Of a stretch of DNA of 64,000 nucleotides, positions 50,565-60,654 are shown in pieces. This stretch comes from Actinomycetota bacterium (lineage in GTDB: Bacteria; Actinomycetota; Actinomycetes; Actinomycetales; Microbacteriaceae): positions 27,824 through 91,823 of the forward strand of contig JBJOQP010000001.1 of NCBI GenBank assembly GCA_046049845.1, written 5' to 3'. Positions within the stretch are counted from its first letter, which is position 1. Each line of letters begins with the position of its first letter. A program made the translations under genes and the position numbers. The notes under the pieces are model-generated. The model did not search any database, was not told the DNA's origin, and saw only the letters and a list, made by a program, of their open reading frames with translations.

Positions 50565-51902
50565 ATGAGCTTTAAGACAAAGCGCGTTCTAGCGGCTACT
50601 GCATCTGCAGCTGTTGCAACGCTATTTCTAGCCGGTTGTGCGCCAGCTGACAGCGGTGTTGCTGCCGGTTGTGAAGCGTACGCTGACTACCAGGGCTTCG
50701 AGGGCACTGAGGTTGAGGTATACACAACCATCATCGCTCCAGAAGCTGACCTATTCGTCGAGTCATTCGCTGAATTCGAAGAGTGTACAGGCATCACAGT
50801 TAACTGGAACGGTACTCAGGAGTTCGAAGCTCAGATTGCTGTTCGCGTTGAAGGTGGAACTGCACCTGATCTAGCAATCTTCCCTCAGCCAGGTCTACTT
50901 GCACGCTTCAAGGACAGCCTTGTTGCTGCACCTGCAGCTGTAAGCGAGTCAGTTGACGCTAACTACTCACCAGACTGGAAGAACTACGGAACTGTAGACG
51001 GAACATTCTTCGCTGCGCCTCTAGGTGCTAACGTGAAGTCTTTCGTTTGGTACAACCCGAAGGTATTCGCAGACAACAACTACACAATCCCAACTACCTG
51101 GCAAGAACTGCTAGACCTATCTGACAAGATTGCTGCTGACGGAAAGATCCAGCCATGGTGTGCTGGTTTCGGTTCTGGTGAAGCAACTGGTTGGGTTGGA
51201 ACTGACTGGATGGAAGACATCATGCTTCGTACCGCGTCAGCAGAGACCTACGACAAGTGGACTACTCACGGAATTCCTTTCAACGACCCAGCTGTAGCTA
51301 CAGCTATCGCTGAAGCAGGAAAGATCCTAAAGAACCCTGACTATGTTGGTGACGTAGCGTCAATCGCGACTACTACATTCCAGGATGGTGGAGCAGGAAT
51401 CGTTGACGGTTCATGTGCAATGCACCGTCAGGCTTCATTCATCGGTGGAATCCTAGCTGCTGACCACGGAGCTGAAATCGTTGAGCCAACAGACACATCA
51501 AAGGCAAATGGAATCTCAGTGTTCTACTTCCCAGGTGCATCTGCTGACAACAAGCCAGCTCTTGGTGGTGGAGAGTTCGTTGGAGCTTTCTCAGACCGTG
51601 GCGAAGTACAGGCTCTACAGCACTACCTAACAACTCCACTATGGAACAACGCGAAGGCAAAGCTTGGTGGCTGGTTCTCAGCTAACAAGGGCCTAGACGA
51701 AGCAAACGTTGCTGACCCAGTAAACAAGGTTGCAGTTCAGATTCTAAAGAACGCTACAACCTTCCGTTTCGATGGATCTGACGTTATGCCAGCCGCTGTT
51801 GGTGCAGGTACATTCTGGAAAGAAATGACCGCTTGGGTTGCAGAAGACAAGTCTGACAAGGCTGTTCTTGACGCAATCGAGGCATCATGGCCTAAGAACT
51901 AA
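50565..51902 (+). CDS. Sugar ABC transporter substrate-binding lipoprotein (AglE/alpha-glucoside-like)
   Basis: Lipobox LAGC; PDLAIFPQPG; KSFVWYN; GWVGTDWMED; RFDGSD. Confidence 0.85.
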   Translation: MSFKTKRVLAATASAAVATLFLAGCAPADSGVAAGCEAYADYQGFEGTEVEVYTTIIAPEADLFVESFAEFEECTGITVNWNGTQEFEAQIAVRVEGGTAPDLAIFPQPGLLARFKDSLVAAPAAVSESVDANYSPDWKNYGTVDGTFFAAPLGANVKSFVWYNPKVFADNNYTIPTTWQELLDLSDKIAADGKIQPWCAGFGSGEATGWVGTDWMEDIMLRTASAETYDKWTTHGIPFNDPAVATAIAEAGKILKNPDYVGDVASIATTTFQDGGAGIVDGSCAMHRQASFIGGILAADHGAEIVEPTDTSKANGISVFYFPGASADNKPALGGGEFVGAFSDRGEVQALQHYLTTPLWNNAKAKLGGWFSANKGLDEANVADPVNKVAVQILKNATTFRFDGSDVMPAAVGAGTFWKEMTAWVAEDKSDKAVLDAIEASWPKN

Positions 51903-51924
51903 ATTAGGCTAGAACTACCCTTGT

Positions 51925-51966
51925 AGTGGGGTGTGGTGGACACGAAAGTGAAAGCCACACCCCATT
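51925..51966 (+). terminator. Intercistronic stem-loop after the binding-protein gene
   Basis: agtggggtgtggt-gga-cac-GAAA-gtg-aaa-gccacaccccatt, with a GNRA tetraloop. Confidence 0.7.
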
Positions 51967-51986
51967 TCAACAAAGTCAGGAAATAA

Positions 51987-52997
51987 ATGATCAACACCGC
52001 GTTCTCCGCAGCACGCAAGACACCTTGGGAAGTGATCTTCCCTAACCTAATTCTTCTTATTGTTTCTCTTGCAGCATTCGCTGCAGTGATTTACCTGGTT
52101 TTCTTACTCGCATCTCGAGTAAATGTCAGAGTTCAGGAATGGCTAAAGTACGCAGTATTCCTAGCTCCTGCAGTTCTCTTTCTTCTAATTGGCTTGGTCT
52201 ACCCAACTCTTAGAACTCTTGTTATGTCTTTCATGAACGCCAACAGCACAGAGTTTGTTGGGTTAGATAACTACGTCTGGTCATTTACGATTCCCGAAAT
52301 TTTGATTGTTCTAAGAAACACCGCTGTTTGGGTTCTAGCTGTTCCTACACTTTCAACCATCATCGGTCTTTCTATCGCTTACCTAACAGATCGCATGAAG
52401 CGTCCAGGTGTAGTGAAGTCTCTAATCTTCTTACCAATGGCCATCTCTTTCGTTGGTGCAGGTGTTATCTGGAAGTTCGTTTACAACTACCAACCAAACC
52501 CAGACAAACCAGATATTGGTTTGTTCAGTGCCATTTCAAAAGCCTTTGGAATCAATCCACCTAACTGGCTACTAGAAGCTCCAGGCAACACACTTCTTCT
52601 TATCTTGGTAATGATTTGGATCCAGACTGGATTCGCTATGGTCGTTCTTTCTGCAGCTATGAAGAACGTGCCAGATGAAGTAGTCGAAGCAGCAATGCTC
52701 GATGGTGCAGGCAACTGGCAGCGATTCATCAGAGTTACCGTTCCGATGATTAGATCAACAATCATTGTTGTTCTAACAACAACAGCAATTGGAACACTAA
52801 AGGTATTCGACATCGTAAGAACAATGACTGGTGGTAACTTCGAGACCAACGTTATTGCTAACGAGATGTATTCTCAGAGCTTTAGACAAATGAACTACGG
52901 TCAGGGAAGTGCTTTGGCAGTAATCCTTCTAGTTTGTGTATTGCCGATCATCGCCTACAACATCAGACAACTAAGACGTGAGAGGGCTGAGAGATAA
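51987..52997 (+). CDS. Sugar ABC transporter permease (AglF/MalF-like)
   Basis: FVGLDNY, PMAISFVGAGVIW, EAAMLDGA. Confidence 0.9.
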   Translation: MINTAFSAARKTPWEVIFPNLILLIVSLAAFAAVIYLVFLLASRVNVRVQEWLKYAVFLAPAVLFLLIGLVYPTLRTLVMSFMNANSTEFVGLDNYVWSFTIPEILIVLRNTAVWVLAVPTLSTIIGLSIAYLTDRMKRPGVVKSLIFLPMAISFVGAGVIWKFVYNYQPNPDKPDIGLFSAISKAFGINPPNWLLEAPGNTLLLILVMIWIQTGFAMVVLSAAMKNVPDEVVEAAMLDGAGNWQRFIRVTVPMIRSTIIVVLTTTAIGTLKVFDIVRTMTGGNFETNVIANEMYSQSFRQMNYGQGSALAVILLVCVLPIIAYNIRQLRRERAER

Positions 52998-53902
52998 TGA
53001 GCACTCGGAAAAAAGCTAGAGACATATTTTCATCCCCAATAGCGTCAGCTGTTGCAGTTATCATTGCAATCCTTTGGACAATTCCAACCTTTGGTCTATT
53101 GGTTTCATCGATTCGACCTGAGAAGGACATTAACAACAGTGGTTGGTGGACTTTCTTTACCAACCCAAGTTTTACTTTGGAGAACTACGGCCAAGTTCTG
53201 TTCATGGGTTCCACTACTAACCCTCCACTTGCTCAGTTCTTCTTCAACAGCTTCGCTCTAACAATTCCAGCGGTAGTCTTCCCTATCACTCTGGCACTGT
53301 TCGCAGCATATGCTTTGGCATGGTTCAACTTCAGAGGTAAAGACACCATCTTCTTCATCATCTTTGGTCTCCAGGTTGTTCCTCTGCAGCTAACCCTGAT
53401 CCCTCTGCTACAGCTGTTCTCTAAGGGACTAGTAATTGGAGATACAGTCATCATTCCTGATCTTGGAATCACAGGAACCTTCATTCCAATTTGGATTGCC
53501 CATACCATCTTCGGTTTGCCATTGGCTATCTTCCTTCTTCACAACTTCCTAAGCCAGATACCTAAGGAACTAATTGAAGCAGCCCGTGTTGATGGAGCGA
53601 ACTGGTTCACCCTGTTTAGCAAGATCATCCTTCCGCTATCAGTACCGGCTATCGCTTCCTTCTCCATCTTCCAGTTCCTATGGGTATGGAACGACCTCCT
53701 AGTGGGTCTAACCTTCGGTGGTGGAGTCAAGCAGGTAGCCCCGCTAACTGTGCGTATTGCTGAGATGGTGGGCTCTAGAGGTAGCGGTTGGGAACTATTG
53801 ACCGCAGGTGCCTTTGTGTCCATGATTGTGCCGCTAATCGTCTTCTTTGCCCTACAGCGTTACTTCGTTAGAGGGCTGCTGGCAGGCTCTGTAAAGGGCT
53901 AA
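52997..53902 (+). CDS. Sugar ABC transporter permease (AglG/MalG-like)
   Basis: TLENY, AAYALA, EAARVDGA, QFLWVWND, FVRGLLAGSVKG. Confidence 0.9.
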   Translation: MSTRKKARDIFSSPIASAVAVIIAILWTIPTFGLLVSSIRPEKDINNSGWWTFFTNPSFTLENYGQVLFMGSTTNPPLAQFFFNSFALTIPAVVFPITLALFAAYALAWFNFRGKDTIFFIIFGLQVVPLQLTLIPLLQLFSKGLVIGDTVIIPDLGITGTFIPIWIAHTIFGLPLAIFLLHNFLSQIPKELIEAARVDGANWFTLFSKIILPLSVPAIASFSIFQFLWVWNDLLVGLTFGGGVKQVAPLTVRIAEMVGSRGSGWELLTAGAFVSMIVPLIVFFALQRYFVRGLLAGSVKG

Positions 53903-53905
53903 TAA

Positions 53906-53933
53906 GCCCTATTTTGCCCTAGGCGAATAGGGT
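53906..53933 (+). terminator. Stem-loop after the sugar ABC operon
   Basis: gccctattttgcc-cta-ggcgaatagggt; no U-tract follows. Confidence 0.5.
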
Positions 53934-53976
53934 CGCAATTGTTGGCCTTATCTGCCATGCTTTACAGGTAATAACA

Positions 53977-54128
53977 GTTCTTCGGGGTCAGTGTAAATCT
54001 GAACCGGCGGTTATAGTCCGCGACCCGACAAGCTGCCTTAGATGGCGACAAATACTTAGGTAAATGGTTTGGCGGTTGATCTGGTGAAACTCCAGAACCG
54101 ACGGTTAAAGTCCGGATGGTAGAAGAAC
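53977..54128 (+). ncRNA. FMN riboswitch (RFN element)
   Basis: gttcttcGGGGTCAGTGTAAATCTGAACCGGCGGTTATAGTCCGCGACCCG...GATCTGGTGAAACTCCAGAACCGACGGTTAAAGTCCGGATGGTAgaagaac, directly upstream of ribD. Confidence 0.95.
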
Positions 54129-54206
54129 AGAAGGTTTGGCCTATCTTGGCCTGACCTTTGGTCGTCTATCCGACCCATGCCCCGAAGCCCTATTGAAAGG
54201 CTCGGG

Positions 54207-55232
54207 ATGACCGATACTAGGAAGTTCGAACCGGCGATGCGTCGGGCACTTGAACTTGCCCTACTCGGACCGGCCTACGGTGTGAACCCTCAAGTTGGGG
54301 CAATCATTCTCGATAAAGATTTGAACATCGTCGCTGAAGGCTGGCATAAAGGTGCGGGAACTCCACACGCTGAAGTTGATGCTCTAAGCAAGTTACCTAA
54401 CGGTGTTCCTGAAGGAGCTACAGCTGTAGTGACACTTGAGCCTTGCAATCACACTGGAAGAACTGGTCCTTGTGCTGTTGCTTTGAGTGAAGCTGGCATC
54501 TCAAGAGTTGTTTATGCAAGTAAAGACCCAGGCAATGAATCAGCTAATGGAGCAAAGACTTTAACGGATGCAGGCGTCGAAGTTATCCAGGGTGTTCTTG
54601 AGCAAGAAGCAGATCAGCAATCCGTTGTTTGGCTAACAGCTATGAAGAAGCAGCGTCCATACATCACACTCAAGTGGGCTCAAACTCTTGATGGCAGATC
54701 TGCGGCTAGTGACAAGACAAGTAAATGGATTTCTGGTCCTGTATCCAGAGAAGATGTTCACCTAAGAAGATCTCAACTTGATGCAATTCTTGTCGGAACA
54801 GGAACAGTCAAATACGACAACCCTGATCTGACTGCAAGAAAACCAGATGGTTCAAGATATGAACACCAACCACTTCGAGTAGTAGTTGGTAATAGTGAAC
54901 TAGACCAAGACCTGAGAGTCTTCAACGAAGATGCTCCAACCGTTCAACTTAGAACTCATGATGTGAAAGAAGTTGTTGCTCAACTCTGGAACAGAGGCAT
55001 GAGACACATCCTGGTTGAAGGTGGAGCTGAACTAGCCAGTGAGTTTATTGCCATCGGTCTATTCGATGAGATTTTGATTTATCAAGCATCGCTTCTAGTC
55101 GGTGGCACCCATGTTGCTGTTACAGACATCGGCATTTCAACAATAAAAGATGCTGTCGCTCTTGAGTTTGTTGAAATCAAGCAGCTTGGAGCAGATGTGT
55201 TTATGAGAGCGATCCCAAAGGAGAGTAACTAA
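54207..55232 (+). CDS. ribD: Riboflavin deaminase/reductase
   Basis: NPQVGA, HAE, TLEPCNH.GRTGPC, KWAQTLDG, VEGG. Confidence 0.95.
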   Translation: MTDTRKFEPAMRRALELALLGPAYGVNPQVGAIILDKDLNIVAEGWHKGAGTPHAEVDALSKLPNGVPEGATAVVTLEPCNHTGRTGPCAVALSEAGISRVVYASKDPGNESANGAKTLTDAGVEVIQGVLEQEADQQSVVWLTAMKKQRPYITLKWAQTLDGRSAASDKTSKWISGPVSREDVHLRRSQLDAILVGTGTVKYDNPDLTARKPDGSRYEHQPLRVVVGNSELDQDLRVFNEDAPTVQLRTHDVKEVVAQLWNRGMRHILVEGGAELASEFIAIGLFDEILIYQASLLVGGTHVAVTDIGISTIKDAVALEFVEIKQLGADVFMRAIPKESN

Positions 55233-55828
55233 TGTTTACTGGAATCATTGAGGAACTAGGTGAAGTTGTTGCCATTGAGCAGCAGCCAGATGCCATTCGT
55301 TTGACAGTCAAAGGCCCGCTTGTGACAAGTGACATCAAACGTGGCGACTCTATTGCCTGCAGTGGCACCTGCCTAACAGCCGTTGAGATTGAGAATGGCA
55401 CCTTTAGTGCAGATGTCATGCACGAGACTCTAAGACTTACCAGCTTGGCTGATGTGAAGGTTGGCGATCCAATCAACCTAGAGCGAGCTATGACCATGCA
55501 GACCCGCTTTGGCGGACACCATGTTCAAGGACATGTTGACGGTGTTGGTGAATTCCTATCCAGAGAACCTAGCGAGAACTGGGACTGGGTTCGTATCTCT
55601 GTTCCTAAAGACCTTATGAAGTATGTAGTTCTCAAGGGCTCAATAACCCTTGATGGAATTTCACTAACAGTGAATGAACTAGGCGAAGACTTTGTTGGTC
55701 TAAGCCTTATTCCAGAAACCCTAAAACTTACCACCTTGGGCTATAAGAAGCCTGGTGACAAGATCAACGTCGAAGTTGATGTTATGGCAAAGCACATAGA
55801 ACGATTACTAGAGATGAGAAATAACTAA
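55232..55828 (+). CDS. ribE: Riboflavin synthase (alpha chain)
   Basis: MFTGIIEE, GTCLT, NLERA, GGHHVQGHVD, NVEVD. Confidence 0.95.
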   Translation: MFTGIIEELGEVVAIEQQPDAIRLTVKGPLVTSDIKRGDSIACSGTCLTAVEIENGTFSADVMHETLRLTSLADVKVGDPINLERAMTMQTRFGGHHVQGHVDGVGEFLSREPSENWDWVRISVPKDLMKYVVLKGSITLDGISLTVNELGEDFVGLSLIPETLKLTTLGYKKPGDKINVEVDVMAKHIERLLEMRNN

Positions 55829-57075
55829 TGGCACTATCAACAATCGAGCAAGCATTAGATGCTTTACGAAACGGTAAGCCGGTTCTAGTAGCGGATGATG
55901 AGAACAGAGAGAATGAGGGCGATGCCATCATCGCTGCTCAGTTCGCAACTACCGAGTGGATGGCCTGGATGGTTCAGCACACCACAGGTTTCCTGTGTGC
56001 ACCAATGGAAGATGGCAAGGCCAATGAGCTAGAGCTACCTCTAATGACCACAGAAAACCAAGACCCTCATGGCACCAACTACACCATCACTGTTGATGCC
56101 GCTGCAAGAGAGGCAACTGGTGTTTCAGCAAGTGATAGGGCTCTAACTGCAAGAACACTTGCTAGTGAAACTGCTGGTCCAGAATCTTTTATTAGACCAG
56201 GTCACATTATTCCCCTACGCGCTCACCAACATGGTGTGCACGGTAGACCAGGTCACACCGAAGCGGCTGTTGATCTTCTTAAGCTTGCAGGTCTTACCCC
56301 GGTCGGAATCATCGGTGAAATGGTTACATCAGATGGTTCGATGATGCGACTACCTGAACTGATTGAAGTTGGACAGAAGGAGAACCTTCCGGTTATCACT
56401 ATCGCTCAATTAGTTGAGCATCTAAAAGCACACAACATCAACCATGTTCACCGTGACAACAACAGAATCAGATTCGAAGCGGAAGCTAACATTCCAACCA
56501 TTCACGGTGACTTCAGAGTTCGTGGTTACTACGACATCAAGACTGGTGCGGATCACGTAGCCATCATCAAGGGAAACCCAACTGGTGAAGATGTTCTAGT
56601 TCGTATGCATTCAGAATGTATTACCGGTGAAGCCTTTGGTTCACTGAAGTGTGAATGTGGACCACAGCTGCAATATGCCCTAGACATGATTGAGGCTGAC
56701 CCTAAGGGTGGAATTGTTATCTATCTAAGAGGTCAAGAAGGACGAGGAATTGGTCTTCTAAACAAACTCAAGGCATATGCTCTGCAAGAGCAAGGGCTTG
56801 ACACGGTAGAAGCAAACCTTGCTCTAGGTCTTCCAAGCGAAGCTAGAGAGTATGGAGCAGCATCTTCTATCCTTCGTGAACTAGGTGTGAAGAGCGTACG
56901 ACTAATGACAAACAACCCAGCTAAGGCTAACTTCCTCACCGAAGACGGTATTCCTGTGAACTCATACGTTCCGGTAATCGTCGGTGAAGCAATTCAGAAC
57001 CTTGGCTATCTAGAGGCAAAGAGATCAAAGATGGGTCACCGTCTTCCTGAAATCGTTGCAGAAATGGAAATGTAA
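55828..57075 (+). CDS. ribBA: DHBP synthase/GTP cyclohydrolase II
   Basis: DDENRENEGD, RPGH, GHTEA, RMHSECITGE..GSLKCECG, QEGRGIG, TNNP. Confidence 0.95.
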   Translation: MALSTIEQALDALRNGKPVLVADDENRENEGDAIIAAQFATTEWMAWMVQHTTGFLCAPMEDGKANELELPLMTTENQDPHGTNYTITVDAAAREATGVSASDRALTARTLASETAGPESFIRPGHIIPLRAHQHGVHGRPGHTEAAVDLLKLAGLTPVGIIGEMVTSDGSMMRLPELIEVGQKENLPVITIAQLVEHLKAHNINHVHRDNNRIRFEAEANIPTIHGDFRVRGYYDIKTGADHVAIIKGNPTGEDVLVRMHSECITGEAFGSLKCECGPQLQYALDMIEADPKGGIVIYLRGQEGRGIGLLNKLKAYALQEQGLDTVEANLALGLPSEAREYGAASSILRELGVKSVRLMTNNPAKANFLTEDGIPVNSYVPVIVGEAIQNLGYLEAKRSKMGHRLPEIVAEMEM

Positions 57076-57530
57076 TGGCAGGCCACGCACCAAAACTAGA
57101 AATAGATGCAAGCGATCTAGCTGTCACCATTCTGGTGACAAGCTGGCACACTGAAATCACCGATGCCCTACTTGCTGGAGCAGAGAGATCTCTAAAGGGT
57201 GCAGGCAATGATGTTTACAGCATCGTTCGAGTGCCAGGAGCATTCGAACTACCGCTAGCTGCTAAGTGGGCTGCTGAAGATGATGCTGATGTAATCATTG
57301 CCTTGGGTGTTGTCATTCAAGGTGAGACTCCTCACTTTGAGTACGTCTGTAATGCTGCAACCGATGGCCTAACCAGAGTTCAGCTGGACTATGGAGTGCC
57401 TATTGGTTTTGGGCTATTGACTGTAGACAACGCCCAGCAGGCGCTTGATAGAGCCGGATTACCAGAGAGCAAAGAGGATAAAGGTGCTGAGGCAGTTGAA
57501 GCTGCAGTGATGATGGCTCGCCTTCGCTAG
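57075..57530 (+). CDS. ribH: Lumazine synthase
   Basis: VPGAFELP, LGVVIQGETPHF, FGLLT, KGAEA. Confidence 0.95.
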   Translation: MAGHAPKLEIDASDLAVTILVTSWHTEITDALLAGAERSLKGAGNDVYSIVRVPGAFELPLAAKWAAEDDADVIIALGVVIQGETPHFEYVCNAATDGLTRVQLDYGVPIGFGLLTVDNAQQALDRAGLPESKEDKGAEAVEAAVMMARLR

Positions 57531-57560
57531 AGTGGAAATAACTTCTACAAAAGGAAACAA

Positions 57561-57929
57561 ATGGAAGACTCCACAAGAGAACTAATCGTTCACATTTTTC
57601 TAGTGCTACACATCCTAGGTATCGCAGCTTTGCTAGCTGGCTTCTTCACTTCTATGAAGGACATGAAGACAGGCATGAAAGTAAACGCCGGTGTATTACA
57701 CGGTGCTTACACAATGCTTGTCACCGGTCTAGTTATGGCAGGGGTAACAAATCCTGCCGACCTAAACACAGTTGTGATCTCTCTGAAGAGCATCTCACTG
57801 ACAGCAATCTTCTTCATTGCCTACACATATCGCAAGAAGGAAGTTACACCGAAGTGGGCAGTGCCAGCAATCTTCCTGCTAACAACATTGAACATCGTGT
57901 TCGCAGTGCTCATTGGAGCAGCTGAATAG
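57561..57929 (+). CDS. Small four-TM hypothetical membrane protein
   Basis: AAGGA RBS; four hydrophobic segments; HIFLVLHILG and LHGA. Confidence 0.75.
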   Translation: MEDSTRELIVHIFLVLHILGIAALLAGFFTSMKDMKTGMKVNAGVLHGAYTMLVTGLVMAGVTNPADLNTVVISLKSISLTAIFFIAYTYRKKEVTPKWAVPAIFLLTTLNIVFAVLIGAAE

Positions 57930-57931
57930 TT

Positions 57932-58777
57932 TTAGCGCAAGAACAGTGCTGTTAGTCGGCGGGTTGTGAAATACAGCCCGCCGATTATCATTACCACGAA
58001 GTAGAGAACGTGGCCCAGCATTGCATAGTTCAAGATTCCTAGAGTCAAACCTCGGATTAGCTCAATTGCCTGCCATAGCGGAAGAGCCTGGATCAACCAT
58101 TGAATCGGCTCAGGGTAAATAGTTAGTGGGAAGAAAGTACCTGAGAACAGGAACATCGGAAGCATGACTAGCTGGATGTATTGCATCTGCTGACGGTGCT
58201 TTAGATAACTTGTAATTCCCATACCAACCGCAGCAAAACCAAAAGCCACCAAGACCGATGCTGGAATTGCTAACAATCCCCAACCTGATGGAACTAGACC
58301 CAGTGGTGTGACAATCACCATAAAGCCAATTGCATACGCAAGACCTCTAAGTAGTGCCCAACTAATCTCACCTAGGGCAACATCTAGTGTGCCCATTGAT
58401 GTTGAGAGCATGCCGTTATAGATTCTTCCGAAGTGCATCTTGAAGAAAACATTCCAAGTTGAATCGTAGATAGCACCGTTCATAGCACTTGTTGCCAATA
58501 GAGCTGGAGCGATGAACTGCGCATAAGAAATAGGGTTTCCATTGCCATCGGTAGTGCCATCAATGAACTGCCCAATTCCATAACCAAAGGCAACGAGATA
58601 GATCAATGGCTCAACAAAGCCAGATGCAACAACCATCCAGGTTGAAGACTTCAAGGCAAAGTAACCACGCTCTAGAACTACTCGTGCTCGACCTGAATAG
58701 ACTCCAGCCCCAAGTCTTCCTCTTCTGCCTTCAGCAATTTCAATAGCGCTTTCAGCTTTGATGTTCACTGAACTCAT
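57932..58777 (-). CDS. ABC-2 exporter permease (NodJ-like)
   Basis: GFVEPLIYL, FIAPALLA, PMFLFSGTFFP; start 58777 overlaps the upstream stop (ATGA). Confidence 0.85.
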   Translation of the reverse strand: MSSVNIKAESAIEIAEGRRGRLGAGVYSGRARVVLERGYFALKSSTWMVVASGFVEPLIYLVAFGYGIGQFIDGTTDGNGNPISYAQFIAPALLATSAMNGAIYDSTWNVFFKMHFGRIYNGMLSTSMGTLDVALGEISWALLRGLAYAIGFMVIVTPLGLVPSGWGLLAIPASVLVAFGFAAVGMGITSYLKHRQQMQYIQLVMLPMFLFSGTFFPLTIYPEPIQWLIQALPLWQAIELIRGLTLGILNYAMLGHVLYFVVMIIGGLYFTTRRLTALFLR

Positions 58778-59631
58778 GATGCCAACCTCTTCTCGAAGAC
58801 GCGGTGGGCCCAAACCATTCCAAATACTGTCATCAGAGCCATCACTCCCCAGTGAAGAATCAGTAGACAGGTTTCAATTGGCATTCCATATGAGAGAGCT
58901 CTACCTAGGTTGGTTGCATGCCACTGCGGTGAGATCCACCCAATCCATTGAAGGTATATAGGCATCGAGGTAATTGGATAGAACGTTCCTGAGAACATAA
59001 ACATTGGTGTGACGATGAAGCGTCCCACTAGGGCAAAGATTCCATCGTCTTCTTTGATGCCACCGGCAAAGCCAAGCATGATTGCTGCAAAACCCAGTCC
59101 CGCTGTACTGCACACTAGAACGAGTATCGGTAGTGATGCCCAGGTGACAGCACCAAAAGCTAATAGACAAAGACCATAGAGGAATACCTGCAGAACCGCT
59201 CTTGCCATAGCTGCCAGCAAGATTCCATTGACAATCTGCTTACCGGTGATGGCGGTTGCATTCATGGAGAAGAAGGTCTTGTCCCAGTTGAACCCTTGCA
59301 GAGTAGGCCAGGTAACTTCATCCATAGCTCCTTGAATACCCGCTGTTGCAAGTAGTGCTGGGGCTAAGAAAGTTAGATAGCTAACGCCATCAATAGCGTT
59401 TGGGCCCATAGAAGAATCAACTAGAGAACCGACACCGATACCAATTGATAGTAAATACAGTGTTGGGTTTCCTAAACCAAAAGCGATGATGGATTTCCAC
59501 CACTTGAGCATGTTCAGTAGACGATTCTCAGCAATGTATAGAGCACCGCGTTTCATGCTGATCTTTGGATCAACAAGAGTTGCCGCTCCTGTCCAAGTCA
59601 TCGCAACTTTAGATTCAACATCCATTGCCAT
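58774..59631 (-). CDS. ABC-2 exporter permease (NodJ-like)
   Basis: NPTLYL, YLTFLAPALLA, PMFMFSGTFYP. Confidence 0.85.
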   Translation of the reverse strand: MAMDVESKVAMTWTGAATLVDPKISMKRGALYIAENRLLNMLKWWKSIIAFGLGNPTLYLLSIGIGVGSLVDSSMGPNAIDGVSYLTFLAPALLATAGIQGAMDEVTWPTLQGFNWDKTFFSMNATAITGKQIVNGILLAAMARAVLQVFLYGLCLLAFGAVTWASLPILVLVCSTAGLGFAAIMLGFAGGIKEDDGIFALVGRFIVTPMFMFSGTFYPITSMPIYLQWIGWISPQWHATNLGRALSYGMPIETCLLILHWGVMALMTVFGMVWAHRVFEKRLAS

Positions 59632-60575
59632 TAGTCGACCAGAGTCCTACCGGTCAGACGAAGGAATACATCTTCAAGGGAAGATCTTCTAACTAAAGAG
59701 GTAACTGGATGCAAACCCTTCTTGATGATTTGCTCCAAACACTTCTCACCGTTTTCTGCATAAACAAGAATGCGATCAGGAAGAATTTCTAATCTCTCAC
59801 CAATTCCCTTTAGGTCTTTGGCAACCTGAGCGTTGTTCTCGCTGCCGAAACGAACTTCAAGAACTTCTTTTGAAGAGTACTTCTTGATTAGTTCAGCTGG
59901 ATACCCTTCAGCCATAATCTTGCCTTTGTCCATGACCATAAGGCGATCACAAAGTTGTTCGGCTTCATCCATGTAGTGGGTGGTGATAACCAGTGTCACA
60001 CCCTGTTCCTTTAATCGGAACAATCTGTCCCAGAGAATATGTCTTGCCTGAGGGTCCAATCCTGTCGTTGGTTCATCCAACATCAAGATCTCTGGTTCGT
60101 TGACAAGTCCTCTAGCAATAGTCAGTCTTCGCTTCATACCGCCAGAGAGTTCTTCTGTCTTGTTGTTTCTCTTGTCAGCTAACTGAGCAAAATCTAGAAG
60201 TTCTTCAATCTTTACTTTCAACCACTTACGGCTAAGTCCGAAGTAGCGACCATAAATCATTAGGTTTTCCCAAACCTTCAGTTCCCTATCCAAGTTGTCT
60301 TGCTGTGGGACAACACCTAGGTGGGCTCTAATTTCAGGACCTTGATCGTTAGGATCTTTACCCAGGATGAGCAGTTCGCCACCGCTTCTCTGGCTGGTAG
60401 CGGCAATCATCTTCATAGTGGTTGATTTACCGGCTCCATTAGGGCCCAATAGCCCGAATGACTCTCCCCTAGTGACTGTGAAGTCAATGCCATCAACTGC
60501 TCTAAAGTCCCCGTAAACCTTGGTTAGCCCTTTGGCAACAATCATTGCTTCAGGACTAGTGCTCTTCTTAGCCAA
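59631..60575 (-). CDS. ABC exporter ATPase (NodI-like)
   Basis: GPNGAGKS, VVPQQDNLD, LSGGMKRR, LDEPTTGLDPQAR, SLEDVFLRLTGR. Confidence 0.9.
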   Translation of the reverse strand: MAKKSTSPEAMIVAKGLTKVYGDFRAVDGIDFTVTRGESFGLLGPNGAGKSTTMKMIAATSQRSGGELLILGKDPNDQGPEIRAHLGVVPQQDNLDRELKVWENLMIYGRYFGLSRKWLKVKIEELLDFAQLADKRNNKTEELSGGMKRRLTIARGLVNEPEILMLDEPTTGLDPQARHILWDRLFRLKEQGVTLVITTHYMDEAEQLCDRLMVMDKGKIMAEGYPAELIKKYSSKEVLEVRFGSENNAQVAKDLKGIGERLEILPDRILVYAENGEKCLEQIIKKGLHPVTSLVRRSSLEDVFLRLTGRTLVD

Positions 60576-60654
60576 AATAACTGTCTTTCTTCTTTGAAAT
60601 AATCAGATGCTCAACTTTGTAAGTCTAATCAGTAGGGGTGATATCCTTGAGAAC

